The notes below the pieces were generated by a model. That model was not told the origin of the DNA. It was given only the letters and a program-made list of their open reading frames with translations, and did not search any database. A DNA stretch of 64,000 bases from Candidatus Neptunichlamydia sp. (GTDB lineage Bacteria > Chlamydiota > Chlamydiia > Chlamydiales > Simkaniaceae): positions 320,001 through 384,000 of the forward strand of contig OZ247587.1 in assembly GCA_965233865.1 (NCBI GenBank), in the 5' to 3' direction. Position 1 is the first letter of the stretch; the number at the start of each line of letters is the position of its first letter. Shown here in pieces: positions 27,950 to 38,679 of this stretch. A program made the translations under genes and the position numbers.

Positions 27950-30900
27950 TTAGAGTAGTTCAAAACCACCCATGACGGTCTCTCTTGAGCCAGATGAAAC
28001 CCTTTTGAAGGGATTGGACGAGGACTTCCCTCTCTCATATACTCTATACTCTCGAATTCCTTCGCGAAGGGCAGCGGTGAAGACACTTGGGTCTCTATAC
28101 AGCGAGATCATCCCTTCAAAGCGGGGTCCTAAGCGACTCTTCACATATTCTCTAACAACTGGAGAAAGGTTCTCAGCTCCCCATTTTACAAATGCTTTGG
28201 ATTTCTCAGAGAGATGATCCATCACCGTTTTCCCCTGAGTTTTGACGTTGTAGCGAATCGCAACAAGGGTATTCTCTTCTTTGCGCATCACGTATGCTAA
28301 ATGTTGGAGACATTTCTTGATTTCAAGAAGGTTTCCTGCAGCTATCTTGCTTGAAAGAGGACGTAAATTGAGGTTTACAAGTCGCGAGACCATCCGCTCA
28401 AACATTTGAATTTGGAGATTACTACGATTGTCTCTTCCTTTGCGCCCCTTCATTTCTGCTAGTTGAATTTGCAGCTGGTTTAAGAAAAGAGCATGTTTCT
28501 TTTTCAACCCTTCAATATCGCCGCAATGTGCTAAGACTTGCATTTTCTCGATATAGGACGTTTCACTTTGCATAGTTTGCGTGAGCTGCACGTGAGGAAG
28601 TAATTGATTTTCAAGGAAAGTTGTCAATCCAAGAATCGTATCTTGCGGAGTCTTCAAAATAGAGTCGACTTGTTCTTTTACGACTTTTTCCACGGTATTG
28701 TGAAGAATACGACCGAGCACATCTTGAAGCTCCTGCTCTCTTGAAGCATAGAGCTTTTGGAGTGCAACATCAATATCACGCTTAATAATTTGTGTAGGGG
28801 CTTTCCCACGTTTTCTTGCAAAATCTTCTTCAAGGGCTGCAATTGTTTCTGGCTGGGCAGAGTTAGCACCAAGGGCTGTTTGTTCTTCTTCAGAATAAAA
28901 TTCCCAAAGGCGACCGAGATCATTAGGTTTCATCGATTGAGTTGCTTGATCTAAAACTTGGAAAAATAAGTTATTCACGCTTTGTTCTGTTCGGATCAAC
29001 TCGTAAGAGAAGATGATGATATCGCGCATAATGTCTTTTAAAGCATTATCAGACATTCCATTAAAGGAGTCCACAAGCTCAGCAAGAAGATTATCTCGTC
29101 GACGTTGTTTTCCAGGAGTCAACTGCATTCGGTCATCAATTAACCTAAAGAGATTGGAAACAAGCTCTGAAACAAGGAGTTTTTCATTGCTTCCTGCAAG
29201 AAGTTGTGCGCCACCGCCTTCTTCGTTTTCTAGAAGTTTTTCGACTGCCTTTAATTGATCAAGGAGGATTTTATCAAAGACATTGGTATACTTACTATCG
29301 CTATAAACCGAGTCGCGGACGCTATCGAGCGTTGAGTTGATTAGATCTAGCTGACTAATGAGCATTGAAGCACCAACTCGAGTGCCCCAAACCGTTACTG
29401 CATACCCTAAGAAAAATGGTAGAGTTACGATTGCAAGCATCCCATGTCCTGCAAGAGAGACTATAGTTTTGAAAAATCGACTGACAGGGTTGTTACCTGT
29501 TTCTGAGTAAACAGTAAGGGAGGCTTTCCATCCTTTAAAAAAATCTCCGTAAGAGTTGTAGGTTAAGAAATGATTTAGAGCTTTATCGACAACTCCTTTA
29601 AAAAGCTTTTCAGTTGAGATTCCATCACTGTTTTCAATAATTTCAAAAATCTTTTTTTGCTTGTCGGAGGTTCCCAATGCTCCAGTGGTATCAGATCTCC
29701 ACTGATCTTCAGAATAGAGAAGCGCAAGCATTGCATTGTTTGCTGCTCGAACAGGACCCATGTGATTGTTTGTCAAAGGATCATTAATCGGATCGAGCAT
29801 CATTGCTTGAAGGTGCCCTGTGATCGAATTTGCAAATTGTCTTGAGAAATACTCCACTAAGCTAACAGTAAACGAGCAAAGCTTTTTCCCCATCCATTTA
29901 TCAAAGAAGCCAAGTTCACCTTTAACATCGATTTTATCATTGAGTAGAGATAAAAATAACGTTTTTCTTGCTTCAAGATCTTCGATTCCTTCAAGCCTTG
30001 TATAGAAGGCTTTATACCGTCTCTGAACAGCTTCTTCTTTTGCTTCAGCTCCTGTATAACCGCAATATTTATCGACAACTTGGAAGGCTGAAAAGAATGT
30101 CAAACTTTCAACAAGAGCGGCTTTTTTATCCTCAACCATCTGTTCGGTGCGAATATCTGGAACCGACGCTGCAACTTCTTCAGTGTTTTTAGTAAAGCTT
30201 AAAGCAAGCTCTCCGACAACTGATTGAGGATCTTCTTCCTGGTTCCCTCTAACAGCTAAATGAGCAACAGGTCCCGACTCATAGAGAGTATTGAGCTCCT
30301 TCAATGCGCCCTCTAAATTTCCTGATCTTAGTTTTTTATTAGACTCTATTAGAGTTGCTTCAACTTCTCCTGCTTGCTTGGGATGGAGATCGCTTCTAAC
30401 CAGTTTATAGGTTGCTTCACCGAAAGCTGCGATTTGTTCAACCATTGACTCAACCATCCGACTTGCCTCAGGGATACTTCGGACCGAAGAAAGATACGAA
30501 AGGGTGCGATCAATCTTTTCAGAGATCTCTGAAAGGGTCGTGTCCTCCCCAATAGCAAGAGAATCTCCAAGTACAGTGACTTTATCGAGGTCGAGCACAT
30601 AATCAACAGCTTGCCACAGAAGCTTTCGTTGAGCTGGGGTATCAAGAGGGCCTTCAAGAACACTTTTTCCAAAATCATGTTGATCTTTTCCTTCATAGGA
30701 AGTCCCGTAGTTTCTTGAGGCAAAATCATAAATTGCTTGGTAAATGAATTGTCTGTATCTAGGTTTCACTGAGGAATCTCTCAGCTTTTCTACTATATAA
30801 TCCGTGACTAATAGGTCAATTGAGGTCAATAGTGGGGATTTTAGATCCTGTTTTTCATTAATATATTTCGGGAATTCAGCAAAAAACGGGTTAGACTTTG

Positions 30901-31651
30901 CAAGAGTTTTGATGTCCTCACTTAATCGGTTTTTAGCTAAATAGGCTGGAATATATGGGTCAGTCTTGAATTCTCCGATATCAGCTAAAAGCTTCATTAA
31001 AGGCGAAGCGGGTGAATGGGCCACTTTTTTTGGAGTATGAACACCTATAATATCGTCGCGTATATCCTTAGCTTTATTTACGGCAGCGTTTCCAATCGCA
31101 TCTGCCATTTTATTGGCACATCCCTTTTGCGCCTTGATTGTGTGGTTGATGAATTGAACGGCATTATTAAGAGGACTACCCATATTTGAGAGGTCATACC
31201 CCTGAGCCGAGGTGGCCTCACGTTGCAACTGTGTCAGCTCTGCATTCAGGTTGTAGAGAGGCTTCAAATAGTTTTTCCAACGTGCAGATCTTTGCCAAGG
31301 CCATGAGATATTATCTCGAGAGAAAAAGCGAGACCATCCTTGGAAATTGCTATAGTAACTGCTTTCATTTTCTAGAAGAGGCTTCAACTTTTCTTGGACA
31401 TGCTTTGCTGTGGCAAGGATTTCTTGAACATCCTTACCTTTGTAGGCGGTTTCAAGATAACCTAGTGCTTTATGGAAATCTTTAATCTGCGGAGTTTCAC
31501 TGCCGGTAAAGTGCAATAGCTCTGTCACATAGGGGAGTGCCCCAATAATCTTAAAACCAGCATAGAATCCATTTGCGGCTCCAACAAGTGGAATCCCAGC
31601 TTCTATAAGAGAATTACCGAGCGGAATCATAACACCAACCTTCTTTTTCAT
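27950..31651 (-). CDS. Large hypothetical protein (1233 aa), helical, with a central hydrophobic segment
   Basis: Long open ORF with no recognised motif. Hydrophobic stretch TIVSLAGHGMLAIVTLPFFLGYAVTVWG. Confidence 0.75.
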   Translation of the reverse strand: MKKKVGVMIPLGNSLIEAGIPLVGAANGFYAGFKIIGALPYVTELLHFTGSETPQIKDFHKALGYLETAYKGKDVQEILATAKHVQEKLKPLLENESSYYSNFQGWSRFFSRDNISWPWQRSARWKNYLKPLYNLNAELTQLQREATSAQGYDLSNMGSPLNNAVQFINHTIKAQKGCANKMADAIGNAAVNKAKDIRDDIIGVHTPKKVAHSPASPLMKLLADIGEFKTDPYIPAYLAKNRLSEDIKTLAKSNPFFAEFPKYINEKQDLKSPLLTSIDLLVTDYIVEKLRDSSVKPRYRQFIYQAIYDFASRNYGTSYEGKDQHDFGKSVLEGPLDTPAQRKLLWQAVDYVLDLDKVTVLGDSLAIGEDTTLSEISEKIDRTLSYLSSVRSIPEASRMVESMVEQIAAFGEATYKLVRSDLHPKQAGEVEATLIESNKKLRSGNLEGALKELNTLYESGPVAHLAVRGNQEEDPQSVVGELALSFTKNTEEVAASVPDIRTEQMVEDKKAALVESLTFFSAFQVVDKYCGYTGAEAKEEAVQRRYKAFYTRLEGIEDLEARKTLFLSLLNDKIDVKGELGFFDKWMGKKLCSFTVSLVEYFSRQFANSITGHLQAMMLDPINDPLTNNHMGPVRAANNAMLALLYSEDQWRSDTTGALGTSDKQKKIFEIIENSDGISTEKLFKGVVDKALNHFLTYNSYGDFFKGWKASLTVYSETGNNPVSRFFKTIVSLAGHGMLAIVTLPFFLGYAVTVWGTRVGASMLISQLDLINSTLDSVRDSVYSDSKYTNVFDKILLDQLKAVEKLLENEEGGGAQLLAGSNEKLLVSELVSNLFRLIDDRMQLTPGKQRRRDNLLAELVDSFNGMSDNALKDIMRDIIIFSYELIRTEQSVNNLFFQVLDQATQSMKPNDLGRLWEFYSEEEQTALGANSAQPETIAALEEDFARKRGKAPTQIIKRDIDVALQKLYASREQELQDVLGRILHNTVEKVVKEQVDSILKTPQDTILGLTTFLENQLLPHVQLTQTMQSETSYIEKMQVLAHCGDIEGLKKKHALFLNQLQIQLAEMKGRKGRDNRSNLQIQMFERMVSRLVNLNLRPLSSKIAAGNLLEIKKCLQHLAYVMRKEENTLVAIRYNVKTQGKTVMDHLSEKSKAFVKWGAENLSPVVREYVKSRLGPRFEGMISLYRDPSVFTAALREGIREYRVYERGKSSSNPFKRVSSGSRETVMGGFELL

Positions 31652-31773
31652 TAGAAAAATATAATTATAACACTTTTTATATTAATTGTATTGTAAATAA
31701 TTTATTATTATGTTTATTAATAATATTAAAATTTTAAATATTATATTTAAAATTTTTTATATAAAATAAAGAT

Positions 31774-34455
31774 ATGAGTAATAATAAGAAATTTATTGAA
31801 TTCACCGAGGAAGAGCTCCGACTCCTTCAAAAAGGAGGAGATATTGAACCTTGGCAGAAATGGGGTCCCTATGTATCTGATAGAGAGTGGGGTACGGTTA
31901 GAGAAGACTACAGCAAAGATGGAAATGCCTGGGATCATTTCACCTACGAAATGGCTCCTTATCGTGCCTATAGGTGGGGAGAAGATGGGATCGCAGGAAT
32001 CTGTGATAGGTATCAGATTCTTGTAATGGCACAAGCATTTTGGAATGGAAACGACCCTATTTTGAAAGAAAGACTATATGGATTAGGAACGAATAAAGCC
32101 AATCATGGTGAAGATGTTAAAGAATATTACTATTATCTTGACTCCCTTCCAAGCCATGCCTACATGCGTTATCTCTATAAGTACCCCTGTGGTGAGTTCC
32201 CTTATGAGGAGCTTGCTAAGGAGAATCAAAACCGCCATATTGAAGACCGGGAATTCGAGCTTCTAGATACCGGAATTTTCAAAGATAATCGATACTTTGA
32301 TATTACCATCGAATACGCAAAAGCTGGAAAAAATGATATCTGCGTGAAGATTGAGATACAGAATCGAAGTGCTATGGAAGAGTCGATTCATGTGATTCCC
32401 CAATTGATCTTTCGGAATACATGGGGATGGAGCAATGAAAAGCTTCCAGAGCCGATCCTTAAGAGGAGTGATCACGAGCCCATAAATGCTCATTGTATCG
32501 AGGCAGATGATTCGATGACGACTCCTCCAGCGCGTCTGAGTTTTGACTATCACCTAGGGAAACGCTATTTTTATGCGGATGAGAGAGCAGAGGTTCTCTT
32601 TACCGATAATGAAACCAATCGTGAACATTTGTATAACGAAAAGAACACCCGCCCCTATACCAAAGACGCTTTTCATCGCTACATCGTCATGGGGGAGAAA
32701 GATAAAGTTAGTCCCAAAGAGGCGGGGACAAAAGCGTGCTTTTATTTTCGAGACTTGAAAATTCCTGCAGGGGGATCTGAATCCCTTTACCTTCGCCTTT
32801 CAAACATGGAATACTCGCACCCTCTAACGGGGGTTGAAGAGATTATTCATAATCGCAAGGCACAAGCTGATGAGTACTATGACAGGATTCATCCCAAAGG
32901 GATCAGCGATGAGGAAAAACTCATCCAGCGGCAAGCCCTTGCGGGAATGTTATGGAGCAAGCAAATTTATCTCTATGATGTGAATCTGTGGCTTCGTGGA
33001 GATGATCCTAAAAAGCTTCCTCCAGACTTAAGAAAAAACATTAGGAATACTCACTGGAAACATCTCATTTCTAAACGGATTTTATCTATGCCCGACAAAT
33101 GGGAATATCCTTGGTTTGCGGCTTGGGATCTTGCCTTTCATTGCATTTCCTTCGCACTTGTTGATATGGACTTTGCAAAGGAGCAACTCTGGTTTCTTTT
33201 ATTCGATCAATTTCAGCACCCCAATGGACAAGTTCCTGCCTACGAGTGGGAGTTTTCAGACCTTAACCCCCCGGTGCAAGGGTGGGCAGCTCTTCGTCTT
33301 TTTTATATGGAAGAGGCGAAGACAGGAAAGCGAGATATTGACTTTCTGAAAAAATGTTTTCACAAGCTCCTTCTGAATTTTGTATGGTGGGTCAATAAAG
33401 TCGATGCTAAAGGAAGCAATGTTTTTGAAGGGGGATTTCTTGGGATGGATAACATCACCGTTATCGACAGAAGTCAAGCGATTCCTGGAGGGGGTAAGCT
33501 CGAACAATCGGACGGAACAGGATGGATGGGATTCTTTTGTCTCAATCTCATGCGTATGGCCCTTGAGCTCTCGAAAAAAGATTCCGTTTATGAAGGAATG
33601 GCCATTAAATTTTACGAACATTTTGTCTATATTTCCAACGCCTTAGTCAATGCAGAAAATCGAGAAGTTCAAAATTGGGATGAGAAAGATGGCTTTTTCT
33701 ATGATGTTCTCAGTAGAAGTGAAACAAACGATCATGTGCGTATTAAGGTCCGTTCAATGGTGGGGCTAATCCCTCTTTATGCAGTGGATTGCATCACTTC
33801 TAAGGATCTTGAAGATTTTAAGGAATTTGCTGAAAGCTTTAAGTGGTTTTCTAAAAACAGAACCGATCTCTGTAAACACTGCGTGACTCCCATTGAAGAA
33901 GATGGAAAGACAAAATATGTCCTCACCCTCATGGAAATGGATAAGGTAAAAAAAGTGCTTGAGAAAGCATGGGATCCCAAGGAATTCCGCTCTGAATATG
34001 GTCTTCGGTCTCTCTCTAAATTTCATGAAAAAAAACCTTACGAACTTTTAGGTCATCGGATTAAATATGAGCCTGCTGAGGCGGAATCAATCCTTATGGG
34101 AGGTAACTCAAACTGGCGAGGTCCTCTCTGGTTCCCCACGTCCTTTCTTTTTATCGAAGCCCTTAAAAATCTTCATACACATACCGGTGATCTTATTAAA
34201 ATCGATGGAAAAAACCCTTATGATATGGCTAACTATTTTGCACATGCCATGATCAACCTCTTTAAGAAGGGGGCTGATGGCAATCGCCCTATCTATGGTG
34301 ATTATGAACTTTTCCAAACGGATCCTCACTTTCAAGATCTCATTCTTTTCTATGAGCATTTTCACGGCGATACTGGTCGAGGTCTGGGCGCTTCACACCA
34401 AACTGGATGGACAGGTTTAGTCGCTAATCTCATTGATGAATGGTGTGGGCACTAA
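31774..34455 (+). CDS. Glycoside hydrolase, GH63/MGH1-like
   Basis: Motifs WGPYVSDREWGTVREDYS, MPDKWEYPWFAAWDLAFH, GGNSNWRGPLWFP and GLGASHQTGWTG. Confidence 0.85.
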   Translation: MSNNKKFIEFTEEELRLLQKGGDIEPWQKWGPYVSDREWGTVREDYSKDGNAWDHFTYEMAPYRAYRWGEDGIAGICDRYQILVMAQAFWNGNDPILKERLYGLGTNKANHGEDVKEYYYYLDSLPSHAYMRYLYKYPCGEFPYEELAKENQNRHIEDREFELLDTGIFKDNRYFDITIEYAKAGKNDICVKIEIQNRSAMEESIHVIPQLIFRNTWGWSNEKLPEPILKRSDHEPINAHCIEADDSMTTPPARLSFDYHLGKRYFYADERAEVLFTDNETNREHLYNEKNTRPYTKDAFHRYIVMGEKDKVSPKEAGTKACFYFRDLKIPAGGSESLYLRLSNMEYSHPLTGVEEIIHNRKAQADEYYDRIHPKGISDEEKLIQRQALAGMLWSKQIYLYDVNLWLRGDDPKKLPPDLRKNIRNTHWKHLISKRILSMPDKWEYPWFAAWDLAFHCISFALVDMDFAKEQLWFLLFDQFQHPNGQVPAYEWEFSDLNPPVQGWAALRLFYMEEAKTGKRDIDFLKKCFHKLLLNFVWWVNKVDAKGSNVFEGGFLGMDNITVIDRSQAIPGGGKLEQSDGTGWMGFFCLNLMRMALELSKKDSVYEGMAIKFYEHFVYISNALVNAENREVQNWDEKDGFFYDVLSRSETNDHVRIKVRSMVGLIPLYAVDCITSKDLEDFKEFAESFKWFSKNRTDLCKHCVTPIEEDGKTKYVLTLMEMDKVKKVLEKAWDPKEFRSEYGLRSLSKFHEKKPYELLGHRIKYEPAEAESILMGGNSNWRGPLWFPTSFLFIEALKNLHTHTGDLIKIDGKNPYDMANYFAHAMINLFKKGADGNRPIYGDYELFQTDPHFQDLILFYEHFHGDTGRGLGASHQTGWTGLVANLIDEWCGH

Positions 34456-34469
34456 TAAGTAGGGCGTTT

Positions 34470-34660
34470 GAATCGATTTTAATAAGATATTTTTCTAGAA
34501 TCTGTATAGATTCACCACTGATTATTTCAATAGTATATGATCATTCACTCCCGATACAATCATAGGCAGTAGCAGCAGCTTCTGAATCTATGCCAATCTC
34601 CGAAGGGTAATACTTCCCCGGTGCATCTTTTGAAATCTTTATTGTTTCTCCACAAATTAA
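34470..34660 (-). pseudogene. Remnant of a small hypothetical gene
   Basis: Reads GETIKISKDAPGKYYPSEIG..SEAAATAYDCIGSE*SYTIEIISGESIQILEKYL. It looks protein-like but has an internal stop and no start codon. Confidence 0.3.
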
Positions 34661-34674
34661 AGAATGACGAAGCA

Positions 34675-36034
34675 CTAGCTGTCATGGGCGTGGATCAGAG
34701 ATTTAATAGAAGCGGGATTGAGAAGGGACCCAAGGATTCCTGACCCGAAAATGAGGGGGATTCCCTAAAGGACCCAATGCCAGGTATAAAATCCTTTTTC
34801 ACCAAAGTAGAGGAAAGAAAAAAGTCCCCAGGAAAAACCGACGATGTTACTGAGTATTGCGCCTGTCATTGAGGCTTTCTTCCAGTAAAATCCCGCAAGC
34901 AGCGCAAAGGAGAGGGCTACGATGGGGATGTTTGCGAGAATGAGTTTATCAAGGATTTTATCAACAAGGGTGCTTCCAAGTACGTAGGAGATGGCAGCAA
35001 AGAGCAGGGTTAGAAGAAGTCCCTGTTTGTAGTTTTTGTTGGAACGGCCAAAGTCTGTAATGACCATTGAGCTCATGGCACTCCATACGCTAGCAAGAGT
35101 TGTTCCTGAAATTATAAAGAGCGTGGCATAGGCAACTCCTTTAAGTCCTACAGGAAAATAGAGGTTGATAATCGCAGGGATTGCCATGCCTGGAGAAGAA
35201 ATAATCGCGCCACTTGCCTTGAGATAGGCAGTGGAAAGTACTCCAATTCCATAAAAGATGAAGACAAAAATGGCCGCAAGAATCACCGCTGAAAAAGCAA
35301 CACGCTTTGATTTAGCAGAGAATATTTTCTGTCCATATCAAGGAGCGAGGATATAGGTGAACATTGTCAGGATCACTAGAGAAATAATAAAGCGGTAGGG
35401 GAGAAGGTCTGGAATATTCTGGATTTCAGAAACTCCAGCATCCCGTTTTGTATAGAAAAGAAAAAGAGGAAATATGAGGCAGATGAGCAGAAAGGATGTC
35501 ATGTCTGTTCGGATGATTACGATCAGTCCTCCCCGTAGGGTCATGATAAGAATGATAAGAACGAGATAACCACTTAGAATCCATGCATTCTACTTGGAAA
35601 AGACAGGGGAGAAGATCAAAGTCACTGATTTCACATATGTGGCTGTAAACCCCATCATCGATCCAATTAAAAAAATGGATGCGAGTTGAGCGAAAGGCTT
35701 CCCGTAGCGCTCTCTTAATAGAGCCGTCACCGAGGAGGCATTGAGTTCCTTATATTTTTTCGCGACGCTCAAGCCATAAAATACGAGTCCAATCAGGAAG
35801 ATAAGAGGAAAGAAAAGGGCGCTGGAGGCCCACAACATAGCCAAGCCCTGCAAAGGCAAGGAGGGTTGCTGTGTTGAGCTCTGTCATGATAAGCGTGCAA
35901 GTCAGTCCAAGGAGACCGCACTTCCTCTCGGCAAAAAGATAACTTTCTTCAGATTGGATCTTTCTGTTTTTGGCAATGCCAATAATGACAAATAGGGCAA
36001 GAATAGCAATGAAGACCCTAGCGTCAGGGCTCAT
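34675..36034 (-). pseudogene. Sodium:solute symporter (SSS family) pseudogene
   Basis: Motifs SEESYLFAER, LLRERYG, LRGGL and AP*YGQKIFSAK. One frameshift near 35825 and in-frame stops at 35590, 35338 and 34765; the frame continues to a stop at 34675. Confidence 0.82.
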
Positions 36035-37875
36035 TCGACAGTCACTGACTTTGCAAGGTTGCGGGGTTGATCAATATCAGTTCCTCGCAATAGCGCAATG
36101 TAGTAAGCGAAGAGTTGTCCGGCAATGGAGTATAGGACCGAGGCTAAGGGATCGATAGTCTTAGGGATCCACAAAACGTCTTTGGTGATCGTGAGAGCTT
36201 CTTCTTTTCCTTTCGGAGCAAAGATTAAGATTTTTCCTCCACGGGCTTTGACTTCCATTAAGTTGTTCATCACCTTATCGAAGGTTTGCAGATTTCCACA
36301 AAGCCCGACGACTGCAAGCTCTGAGTTGACAAGTGCAATTGGCCCATGTTTCATCTCGCCCGCCGGATAGCCGTTGGCGTTGAGATAACTAATTTCTTTG
36401 AGCTTTAATGCTGCCTCGAGACTCGTAGGGTACATATAACGTCGCCCCATAAAGAAAAAGTGCTCAAACTTGGCATATTTTTCGGCAAAGGCTTCAATTT
36501 GCGACCCTTGTGCGAGAACCTGAGTAATCTTTGTCGGAAGGTGTTTGAGTTCTTTAAGGAATTGTTGACCCTCCTCTTTACTTAGATGGCGGAGGCGAGC
36601 CATGTAAAGGGTGAACAGAGCTAAAACAGTGAGTTGACTCGTAAAAGCTTTTGTCGAACAGACGCTTACTTCAGGCCCAGCCTTTAGAAATAAGGTCGAG
36701 TCGGCTTCTCTGACAAGGGTGGAGTTGTCGACGTTGCAAATGGCAACGACTTTTGCTCCTTTTGCTTTTGCCTCGCGTACAGCAGCAATGGTATCTGCTG
36801 TCTCACCTGACTGGCTAAGCGCAATTACAAGAGTATCTTCAGAGATAATGGGGTTGGTATAGCGGAATTCCGAGGCAATTGCGGTCTCTGTGGGAATTCG
36901 TGCTAGATGCTCAAACATGGATGCTGCAATCGAACCCGCATGCCACGATGTTCCACATGCCAAGATAAGGATTCTTTTAATGGATTGAAGACGGTGGGGT
37001 GAGAGGGTCAGTTCCTCAAACTCTGCCGTACCAAACTCTTCCCTGCATCGATCTAGCATTGACTGCTGCACGGTTTGAGGTTGCTCGAAGATTTCTTTGA
37101 GCATATAGTGATCATAGCCATTTTTTGAAATAGCTTCTCCTTGAAACTCAACTCTCTTCATCTCCTTGTGAATCTTTTTTCCTTGAGAGCTATAAAGGGT
37201 AAAATGGTTATGTTTGAGAACAGCAATTTCATCATCTTTTAAATAGAGGACATCGAGCACTTTCCCATTGAAGGAGTTTGCATCTGAGGAGAGGTAGGCC
37301 TCGCCATTTGAGGGGTCAATTCCTACAACAAGGGGACTTTCCCTTGAGGCACCAATCATTTCATCGGGATGGTCTTTGTGGATAACGGCAATCGCAAAAG
37401 AACCGTGAAGCTCTTTCATTGTTTTTTGAACAGCCTGTCGCAGTGTTCCTTGATAGTGGTGAGAAATAAGGGCAGCAATCACTTCAGTGTCTGTATCAGA
37501 GCTGAAAATCACCCCTTTTGCAATGAGTCTATTACGGATAGCATTGTGATTTTCAATGATTCCATTGTGGACAAGAGCGAGGGTTTCATATTGGTCGAGG
37601 TGAGGATGAGCATTTTCTTCATTAGGGATGCCATGGGTTGCCCATCTGGTATGAGCAATTGTCGTGTTCAGCCTAATTTTTTCGCTTGAAACAGCTTTTT
37701 GAAGTGCATTGATTTTTCCGGCTCGTTTGCAAGAGCGAATTTTTCCGTCAATAATACCTGCAATTCCCGAGGAATCGTATCCTCGATATTCCAATAGCTT
37801 AAGCCCATCGATGCAAACATCGACGGGACTCTTTTCACTCGTTGAAGATCGGATGTACCCAAAAATTCCACACAT
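36031..37875 (-). CDS. glmS: Glutamine-fructose-6-phosphate aminotransferase
   Basis: Motifs MCGIFG, LEYRGYDSSG, HTRWATHG, SQSGETADT and PRNLAKSVTVE. Confidence 0.98.
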   Translation of the reverse strand: MCGIFGYIRSSTSEKSPVDVCIDGLKLLEYRGYDSSGIAGIIDGKIRSCKRAGKINALQKAVSSEKIRLNTTIAHTRWATHGIPNEENAHPHLDQYETLALVHNGIIENHNAIRNRLIAKGVIFSSDTDTEVIAALISHHYQGTLRQAVQKTMKELHGSFAIAVIHKDHPDEMIGASRESPLVVGIDPSNGEAYLSSDANSFNGKVLDVLYLKDDEIAVLKHNHFTLYSSQGKKIHKEMKRVEFQGEAISKNGYDHYMLKEIFEQPQTVQQSMLDRCREEFGTAEFEELTLSPHRLQSIKRILILACGTSWHAGSIAASMFEHLARIPTETAIASEFRYTNPIISEDTLVIALSQSGETADTIAAVREAKAKGAKVVAICNVDNSTLVREADSTLFLKAGPEVSVCSTKAFTSQLTVLALFTLYMARLRHLSKEEGQQFLKELKHLPTKITQVLAQGSQIEAFAEKYAKFEHFFFMGRRYMYPTSLEAALKLKEISYLNANGYPAGEMKHGPIALVNSELAVVGLCGNLQTFDKVMNNLMEVKARGGKILIFAPKGKEEALTITKDVLWIPKTIDPLASVLYSIAGQLFAYYIALLRGTDIDQPRNLAKSVTVE

Positions 37876-37879
37876 GGCA

Positions 37880-38632
37880 TTACTTTAGCGTAAGAGTTCC
37901 TTCAAGAGCAAGAAAAAGGGGAAATTCTTTGCGCGCTCTATTTTCCATTTTTGCCTTCCCTCCGCTTGATGTTTTTGTTGAGAACCATTCCTCAAGCCGC
38001 GTAATGGAAAATCCTGCTTTCACCATCCACTCTACATAGGTGGATAAAGGGTTATGATAGGAGAAGGTTTTTTCTGACTTCTCCTTTTTGCTAGGGTGCA
38101 TTTGAATGGGAATCTCGAGTGGAGAGAGATAGCGATCCACCCGCCGGTATTGGAGCTTCTTATTCTCATCGATTCCCCAGCTTGATTGCCTCGGGATCCG
38201 ATAGCAAGGATGATTAAGAATTACGATGAATTTGCCTCCCTCCCTTAGATGGCGCGCTCCATTTTTAACAGCCTCTTCTCCCTTCTCCATATTTTGAAGC
38301 GAGAGGATCATAAATGCATGGCTAAAATCTTCCTTAGATATTTTTAGAGGTTTTGTGGCATCTCTAATCTGAAACTTATGGCCTGAATATCCCTTGGCTT
38401 TTTGAACAAGGGGCTTTGCTAAATCTAGCCCTAGATAGGAGACTTTTTCTGGGATCTGCCTCGCTAAAATGCCCTGACCACAGCCAAGATCTAGTACCGA
38501 GTCTCGATCGTTGAAAGAAAGCCACTTTTTTAGTGCAGGAAAGATCACTTCTTGGTGATAGGTATGTCCCCCTTTCGAGACAATATCATCGTACCATTTC
38601 CCAACCTGTTTCCAAGACGTATCATTCTTCAT
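37880..38632 (-). CDS. Class I SAM-dependent methyltransferase
   Basis: Motif I VLDLGCGQG. Start taken at ATG 38632 (MKNDTSW). Confidence 0.85.
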   Translation of the reverse strand: MKNDTSWKQVGKWYDDIVSKGGHTYHQEVIFPALKKWLSFNDRDSVLDLGCGQGILARQIPEKVSYLGLDLAKPLVQKAKGYSGHKFQIRDATKPLKISKEDFSHAFMILSLQNMEKGEEAVKNGARHLREGGKFIVILNHPCYRIPRQSSWGIDENKKLQYRRVDRYLSPLEIPIQMHPSKKEKSEKTFSYHNPLSTYVEWMVKAGFSITRLEEWFSTKTSSGGKAKMENRARKEFPLFLALEGTLTLK

Positions 38633-38679
38633 AACAGCAGAGTTTACGTTATTGACTTTTATCACGAAAGAAGTAATCT

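Noticed and set aside
34675..36034. Stop-codon recoding or readthrough in the SSS gene
   Set aside because: Both TAG and TGA occur together with a frameshift, and neighbouring genes use these codons as normal stops. Pseudogenisation is simpler.
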